Source of the DNA: Lingula anatina
Lineage: Eukaryota; Animalia; Brachiopoda
Reading direction: 5' to 3'
Assembly (NCBI GenBank): GCA_051362555.1
Contig: CM120640.1
Span: 25,592,225 to 25,656,224 of the forward strand
Length of the DNA: 64,000 bases
The translations under genes and the position numbers were made by a program. The stretch's first letter is position 1. The number at the start of each line of letters is the position of its first letter. The notes below the pieces were generated by a model. The model searched no databases and was not told where the DNA came from. It worked only from the letters and a program-made list of their open reading frames with translations. Of this stretch, positions 55,966 through 64,000 are shown piece by piece.

Positions 55966-57791
55966 CATTGCACGGGCTATATTGGTGTAATAAATTGAAA
56001 TTTGCACAAGTGCTATCTGTTTACTTAGCTCCTGAAGGTAGCTTATGGTTTCGAAAACAGGTTATTGATCTAATCCCAGAAGTACGATCACTTGAACTAA
56101 AATTGGAGCTTTCATTACCTTATAATGAAGATCGACCTTGTATAAATAAAATTGTAAAATACGCCTCAAGTAAAATAATGAAGGAAGATTAAAGCTATTA
56201 GCTCCATATTAATTGAACTGCGTGGACAATTAGCTTTCAAACTTTTGGAGCACGTTTACTTTCAGGCTGATTACATCGACATGTTTTGGCAATGATTGGT
56301 TCTTTTTTCATTCAGCTTTAAATTCACATTTGTCTTAACGGACTAAAAATTCATTCGTAGACGTACTCCCTCGGGATTAAAATGATTACAAATGTGAAAA
56401 CCTGTCTAAGTAAGGACACTTTGAAATATGGTTAAAATTCGAAAATCTATAAAATGCAAGAATCGACGAATCTCTTGAATTTGCCCACTTCTTCAACATT
56501 GTTTGTGAGACAGTTGGTTTGCGAACCCGGAAGCGCAAGAGGAGGGTTGTGCACAGGGCCAGTGTGACATAAATGTTTATCCACTCTTTAAAAAATAGTT
56601 ATGTTTTTCCACATTACCTTCTTTAATTTTGAAGGTGTCATTATATTTAATCGATTCATTATTCATGCATCAGTATACGTTATCATTTTGTTTTTCACCA
56701 TTATTATTATTATTATTATTATTTGCATCGTAACTATAGTGACTAAATTGTTCGATTTCACCATTAAAACCAAAATTTCTCCTTCATTTGTACTTGATTC
56801 CGCATGAGAAGTATAGGAACATTAGTGTGATTTTTTAAAATCGAAGGGGGGCGGGTAGTCAGGACTCCCCTGACCACCCCCCCCCTTTAAATCCGCCATT
56901 GTCTTATCATGAATTTCTTCAAATATTTGTTTGTGAGTCTAGTTAGTAGGGCTGTATGAGATGTCAGATTAGTGTTGACTGGTATTTGCGTGACACTGTT
57001 TATCAGCTGAAAAGCTCACTGATCACCTGCTGTTCCTTGGATTTAGTGCTGAATGTTGTTGTTGTGACACGTGTCATGTGACAGTAGAGATGCGCGTCCC
57101 GGACTGAATGTGCTTGTTATAATACATATACCCTCTGTTAAGTAAGGGGAACCCTGAATTAACGTTTCTGACAAGTAGGACTTTTGGATAAGCAGATTGT
57201 ACTGAGTTTAACCTGTCACAAGTAAATCTGGTATGAGATAGGGGCGCTTCTCATGATGTACCAATAAAGGATAAATTAATGAGATATGTGATTTGGCTAA
57301 GGCAGAACGAACATGCACGAGTACGTGCATGTAATTCTAAAACTATGTCGGTGACCCTCCATTTCTACGAATTCACTTTTCTTTTAAAAATGTGTTAAAA
57401 CTAGTATCTTATTCATAAACAACACTAAGATAACATCTATACGGTTGACTTCTCTTCTACAAATTTAAGGAGCTCAGTAAAAATGAGGGAATAAGCATTG
57501 TGAATTAAGACAGTGGACAAACCGACGATTTGATCATAAGGCCTATAACATATTTGGATTAAAAATTTTTTTGACAATACAAATATTGAAATCAATAATT
57601 AAGAAAATGATGCTTCTGGCCTTCAAATTAATTTTGTTAAAATGTAGATAAGCCAAATTGACGATGCTTACGATTAAAATGAACATGAAGTACATGGTAG
57701 CGTATGTATAAGGATAGTAATAATATGCATGTATATGGACGAAAGACGTATAATATTTAGACGAAGTCAGCTATCTAGAATTCCTCCACGT

Positions 57792-58102
57792 TTAAACAAA
57801 TACCTTGGGGGGAGTTTCTCTCCTAAGCAAAATTTTAGGCTTGTTGCAAATTGTGGCCTAAAATTTGCTGGAAATTTGCATGACGACATTTCACCATGTA
57901 AATGAGGTATTGTTTTAAATGGATTTAAATGGAAATGTTTTCAAAGGATATGAAAACTTCTTGCAAACTTGGCCCAAACTTCAGATGCTCTTGCAAATTT
58001 TCAGCAAATTTGCAGCAACAATTTTTTTCTTGCAACAACTTACAAACAGTTTCTTGCAAACTTTCTGTCATAAGCTGAAAATACCCCAAGGTATTTGGTT
58101 AA
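57792..58102. mobile_element. TTAA-flanked MITE with internal TTGCAAA repeats
   Basis: TTAA-(A/C)CAAATACCTTGGGG ... CCCCAAGGTATTTGG-TTAA; repeated CTTGCAAA(C/T)TT motifs inside. Confidence 0.6.
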
Positions 58103-58710
58103 ATTAATTTTTGTGAAAGAATAATATATAATTGCTCTTCATAAGCCTATAATTCACAATTATTTTTGCTTAAAAGATGAAAAATACACACATTTTCTAA
58201 GAATTGTCACTAATAAAAAGACGTACAATATTTGCTTGATACCAAGTTATATAGTGGCGAAGTATGTATCTTTTTTAAAAGATGTTTCCCTATACATGTA
58301 TAGAAAAAAACATTGTCCCATTGTCCTTGTGTTATGTTAAAGCTGTATATACACGCTATATGCATTATCTCTCTAAAGCAGTCATTCTCCTCGTCATCTT
58401 GATTATTAACGAAGCTGCTCCCAGTTCCATCTTGACAAAGCGAGACACTAACAATTGAGCTCATCCTCTGGATTATTGAATTAATAATTCCACAGACAGT
58501 TTTTTATTTAAATACTTCCATACCGTCAAATTTTCGGCTGTACTCAAGAGCCTTCCTCAGGACAAACTGGTAATTGCGTTTATTTTCCCGCGTACATATA
58601 CGTGTATATGATAAGCACGGACACAAATTGAATCCCAGAAAACACCGTGGTAAAACATTCAAAATAACTACATGTATACCTCAATCCTACTTGTGTGGAG
58701 AACCAAGTAT

Positions 58711-61444
58711 CTATAGAGATGTCATGCATGTGGTGTGTTGCAACAACGTAGTGCCAGTCGTATTGGGAGCACAGCAACCTAGAGAATTAAACGTTAGCGT
58801 TAAAAAGGCACACTTATGGATACATCCAAAATTCTAAAACAAGCATTGTAGACGAAAAATAACATTGATACCAATACAAACAGTACTCAACTAGTTGTTT
58901 TGAGCTACTTCGGCCTTTACAAAATAGACTCTATTTTTGATTAGATTTATAAAACGTATTAAATCCTACTTACCGTAGCAAGCTATACACGCCTTTCTAA
59001 AAGCCTCTCGGAACTTCGTAGACATGATGTTGTAGATGATAGGATTGATGGCACTGTTCACAGAGATCAAGTGTCGGCAAAACATCAGGAACCATATGCT
59101 ATCAAATCGAACTGCGGCAACAGAATTATAGACCACAAGAGCTCGGTATGGCAGCCACAGTAGAGCAAACAACACCACGACGACGATCAACATCTTCAGC
59201 ACCTACAAAAATATATACGCTACATGGAGTAGGAAGGACCTATCATATCATTCTGAAGAACAAAAAAATCAGTCGAGGATATGTGTTGCTTAGAAGGTTG
59301 CTTATGGCAATTTCGCAATGACTTGGTTTTATTTTGGTACATTCTGGCTACTACATGTGAAAGATGCGCATTTAAAACTTCAAGTAAATCACAGTGCATG
59401 CAGTAATTCAGTTACTAATAGCTAATTATTCTGTTTTATTACTGTTTATTGTATTTTTATTTTAAAAGAGTACGAATGGCTGAACTTCTTTTGAAAGATC
59501 ACACTTTTTATATATTTTTGATAACTGGTATGTCGTTTTTACCTGAATTGATGATATTTTAGAAATAATAAAGGTGGTATAACTGTATGTCTTTGTTTTA
59601 ATAGCGTCAGATTCAGAGCTACGTTTACTTATTTGATAACACCGTAAGTCTATTTTCTGTTTTATTTTGCCCACGCTTTGATATATATTACACTTAATTT
59701 ACTTATAACTGGAACAAAATTGTTGTAAATGTGCGTCTGTTTGGTTCAAAAGAAAGTTGGCTGATAATACTTGTATTCAAAAAAGACATCAGGCACAAAA
59801 ACGCACCGAACTCCAAATCTTTACGTTTCATGAATAAATAGTCGTGATCAATAAAACAATACATTTACTGGGTATTTTGTGTAGCGTCTGGCATAAAAAA
59901 ATTTTGCATTATCCTTGTGCTACTCATAGAGCAATGGGACTTGTAGTTAAAAGCGTGTCTTAGCTAAATGTTACAGAGAAATCTCATAAAGAGTGATTAA
60001 TAGTATGTTCCGTTCACATGCATAGTGATCCCAGTATCAAAATGAACGTCTGACCTCAAACCCGGCCAATTTGAGCGTGGTAAGGGACCCACAGCCAGCA
60101 TCCATTCTCGATGGGATGTGATTGTGTTCTGCGTTACAATGCGATGACTATGAGGCCGATAATCATCAAGCGTAGCGAAGTCAGACACGATAGTGTATAC
60201 TATTGGGACCGTGCAATATGATAGTTTCTCTTGAAAACATAATCAAGGGCTTTCAGACAATTTTACAACAAAGAAGGCTCTCCGGATATGGCGGAGAGTT
60301 TGTGATCGATCATCACGTGGACAGAACAAGGCAGTCGCCCCGAGGCCTACCATACACTTCAAATTTGCTTTTTTACAAACACGTAAAAGAAAAACGTTGT
60401 GTAAAATAAATTGACTCAAAACTTTTATGTACTGGCTGTAATGACACACATGTCGGTGTTATTATAAACTGGTATTTCATTGAGATGTAGTATTGCGTTC
60501 TTGATAGATCAAAACTTGAAGTTGGATGCGCAAATTATAGCAAATATTCGTACCTGTTTAGTGGACGGCTGTATTCCTTTTCCTCGGTTTCTCAGTCCTC
60601 GTAATTCCTCTTCCTTGGTAGCCCTATTGGAATTAGTTTGGCAAGTCGCAATTACCTTCGTTTTATTACGGTTTCGAACAGAACCTTCCTCTTCACTCAA
60701 GAGGAGTACCCTCCCGATCAAGAAATACAATAAAGCAGTTAAACATAGGGGGAACATGTAAAACATCACAAGATCCACCAAGTAATAAATGAAGTACTGA
60801 TCTCTCTCGAGTTTATAATCGCAAGCGTTGTAAGTTTCATTACCATTTGGAACTTGAGTAACTTTAGTGAGAGCCAACCAGGGCGCAGAATAGCACCCGC
60901 TAAATACCCAAAGACACAAAATTATCTTTTTGGCGCGCGATACAGTACACATGGAATAGGCTTTCATCGGATGGCATATGGCTATGTATCTTTCCACAGT
61001 AAACGCTGTTATGGATAGTGAAGACACGTTGATCCCCATGTAACTGAAGAACGTCAATACTGAACAAATAGCAATGCTATACGGCAGTATCCCGTGGTCG
61101 TAGAATAGCCCAACTGTGAACGGTAAAGTGGCAGTAAGAAGAACTATACAGTCAGCGGCGGCGAGACTCACCAAATAACAGTTAGTAGTGCTGTGCATCG
61201 ACTTAGTTCGGGTAACTACCCAGATGACAAAGGCGTTGCCAGTGAAACCAATACAAAATATCGTAATTCCCAAGATAATGGTTATGATCTTGTATTCCAG
61301 TGGCGCTCTCGGCATCTCGACAGAAACAGTACTTGTTGTGTTTTGCTGATAGAAAGAAGTCAGGTTAATAGAAACTAATTCCATCGTTTTGTCTTCCTGA
61401 TTATCAACCGACTGGTTGGATGGTGACAACAACCACCACTGCAT
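58711..61444 (-). CDS. TRHR: Thyrotropin-releasing hormone receptor-like GPCR, paralog B
   Basis: Exon 60554-61444 (start may be 61384; [31 protein letters not shown]) joins 58974-59202 ([26 protein letters not shown]) and a probable third exon 58711-58778 (GCCAPNTT...CMTSL*). Unspliced, the ORF stops at 58966. Confidence 0.9.
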
Positions 61445-61882
61445 CACGCTGTCGAACGCAGGTACAGTTTTTATTGCCTATTGAACAAGGATTGTCCTGT
61501 GTATGCGGCCGATGAAACTCTGCTCTTCGTGCTTAACAGAACGGCATCTTAAATGAAAAACGAAGGTGGACAAAATTTCGTTCATCATTATTTATGAATT
61601 CACTAAGCTATTGATGTTCATCCATAAGACTGGCTTTAAGACTATTGAATCGGGCTCCTTGTATTGAATTATCTTCTAAATCGTTTTTCAATAAAAGAAA
61701 GAACAGATATTCATTCAAGAGATCCGATCCCCACTTAACCACATTTGATCTGGTATTTTCGAATTCTCCTAAGACAATATTTTAAGGAGTGATGCACAAT
61801 TGTGTCTTGCCACTGGGCTTTGAATTCAGGACCAAATTGTACCAAATGAATATGGGATTTTTCTCATCTTGCATCGATGCAG

Positions 61883-61947
<65 letters not shown>

Positions 61948-62479
61948 CACCATCTACATGCGATATTTTTGGATTTACTTAACATGTTTTACAAATGTGT
62001 ATCATACAAATGGTTCTTTTTCGTCATTGCTTAGTTCATTTCTTTGTTTCAGTCATCTCAGAATGTAACGGATGACAACTGACATCAGCATAGGTACTGA
62101 GTAGATAAAAACCTCTGCTTCAACGTAGATAAATGTAACCACATGATAACAGTATGCTTAACCTCAGATATATTACAACCTGTTCGCACTGTCACAGCAG
62201 TTACCAGGAGATTTAAGTTCCCCTCTTATACAGTATATCCTACCATTCCCACTCTAATACAAGATTATTAACGCGTATTAACTATGACTTTTTATCTCGT
62301 GCATGCAAGTTTCTTTTCGCTTACGCTCAGTCTTCCTTAATGCGATGTGATGCTCCTCTGGGTTGCAATCGGATGATTCTGAATCCAATAATCATGACGC
62401 TTAAAAAGAATTCAGATACTTGTTTAGCGTACAGGTCTACTAATGAGATTGTGCGTTAGTCCTTACATTTTTTTAAATG

Positions 62480-63420
62480 GCACAAATACGCTACTATAGA
62501 ATAGAGAAGAAAAAGAGCTGGCGCATGGATGACAAGCCGGTTAGTAAGAAATGCTGAACATCGCAACAATATACAATAACAAATTGTACTGAAGAGGAAA
62601 TTATAAACACGGACGGCCATAATCCCAACCACCCTCGTTGAGACTGGGAGAATTGCACTGACAAAATATTACAAAAGTTCAAATTCAATTGAAAAATTTT
62701 GATAGCTAACCCTGGCCATTGCAAAAGCTCTAATAGTAACAAAGCCAATAACTATAAATGAAACATATTGACCGAAACATTACCTTGCCATCTGTTACAG
62801 AAGTGGAACCCTCTAAGATCCCCAAGACATGTAATGGAATCGGATACCAAAAGAACATTAAAGTTTTTGATGCAACATCCGAAAATAAGGTGAGTAGCTC
62901 GATCGTGTAACCAGAAGGAAAAGTTGAAAATATGACAGACAGAAGCGAATTTACCGTTTGCAGAGGACGTGAGATGAATGAGGAGAGAGGTGCATGGCTA
63001 ATACACAGAATTAACAAGGGAAGTTGAAGAAAGAGAAACAGAAGGGGGGAACATGAAGCAACGTGTTGAGCATATCCCAGCACCCTGCAAATAATATTCT
63101 TTATGTAGTCATTTGTTCACAAGCACAACGAAGCTCGGTGCTCAAAATTAAATAAGAAATAAGGCCATATGACTGATATTGTCATTTATTAAAATGTCGA
63201 AATGAAATATGATACGAAGTTGCAAGATGGGGATAGTAACAATATCAAATTAAATAATCACACATACATCACCCATACAATAAAGCAAAAAGTTGGCAAA
63301 ACAATGGCCAATATTGGTTGCCGGGGATGTGAGCTTCTCTCACATCTTGTGGCCATTATTTTGTTTGACGGAATATTTGTTTTATCAAGTGTGTTAGGTA
63401 TTCTATGGTAGCGTAGTGGT
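62480..63420 (-). pseudogene. Possible decayed multi-pass membrane protein gene
   Basis: Successive hydrophobic segments (ILAIVLPTFCFIVWVMYV; LLFLFLQLPLLILCI; YVSFIVIGFVTIRAFA; VVGIMAVRVYNFLF) broken by stops and frameshifts; no family recognised. Confidence 0.25.
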
Positions 63421-64000
63421 GACACTAAAAAAATTAATAACTACCAACCATGTTTTTCAGGACAATAGAGAACAGGTGACAAATGCAGTCCCATTGAATC
63501 TTCATGGGCTCTTCTCAAATGCACCTAACCCTGTTAACTCTGCTTTAGAATAGTCTTAATCACAGTATATACAGACTTGACATTTAATAAGGAATATTTC
63601 AGTTTCGAAGGTATGCCTAGGTGAAAATGCATTTCGTATATAATATGTGAATGGAGAAGTGTGTAGTCAGGTGTGTCGCTATCAATTAAATGAATACCAG
63701 GTTTGTTGCGCTGCTGCATTATGTAATATACAGTGATTTAATTGGGTAGTGCTCCAGGTCAAAGCTTGGCTTTGGCAAAGCATGGTTCTGTCAAAAAAGT
63801 ATCCATATGTCGGCAACTACTGCATAGAAGAATTTGAAATTTTGCATGCAAGTGGTCTTCGGGTTTGCAGTGTGTAAAATGAGCTATCAGTGCTTTACAA
63901 ATTTGTTAATCTGTGGCAGAATGGCGCGAAAAATACAGTCATTGCCAGACAGATAATTGCGCCAAACGAAACGGTCCGCACAGTTTTGTAGAGTAATGCC

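Noticed and set aside
58210-58464. 84-aa ORF as the TRHR-B C-terminal exon
   Set aside because: The acceptor at ~58467 is out of phase with the 58974 donor (gives EDELNC*); 58711-58778 fits better.

Overview
AT-rich, intron-rich eukaryotic genomic DNA. The gene content suggests a bilaterian invertebrate, probably a lophotrochozoan (inference). Most short ORFs in the supplied track are spurious; the real genes are spliced, and I assembled them by hand from GT-AG sites and reading frame. In order: TRMT2A (-) head-to-head with RANBP1 (+), which carries an intronic U43-like C/D snoRNA and a candidate 18-nt KRKK micro-exon; ERp29 (-), whose intron 1 holds a 935-bp foldback element; two tandem three-exon Spaetzle-like cystine-knot ligand genes (-); a candidate spliced gene for a ~46-aa single-pass membrane micropeptide (-); and two tandem TRH-receptor-like GPCR genes (-). 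Several MITE families, microsatellites and local duplications are also present. No rRNA, tRNA or CRISPR features were seen. All family assignments come from recalled motifs; no database search was run.
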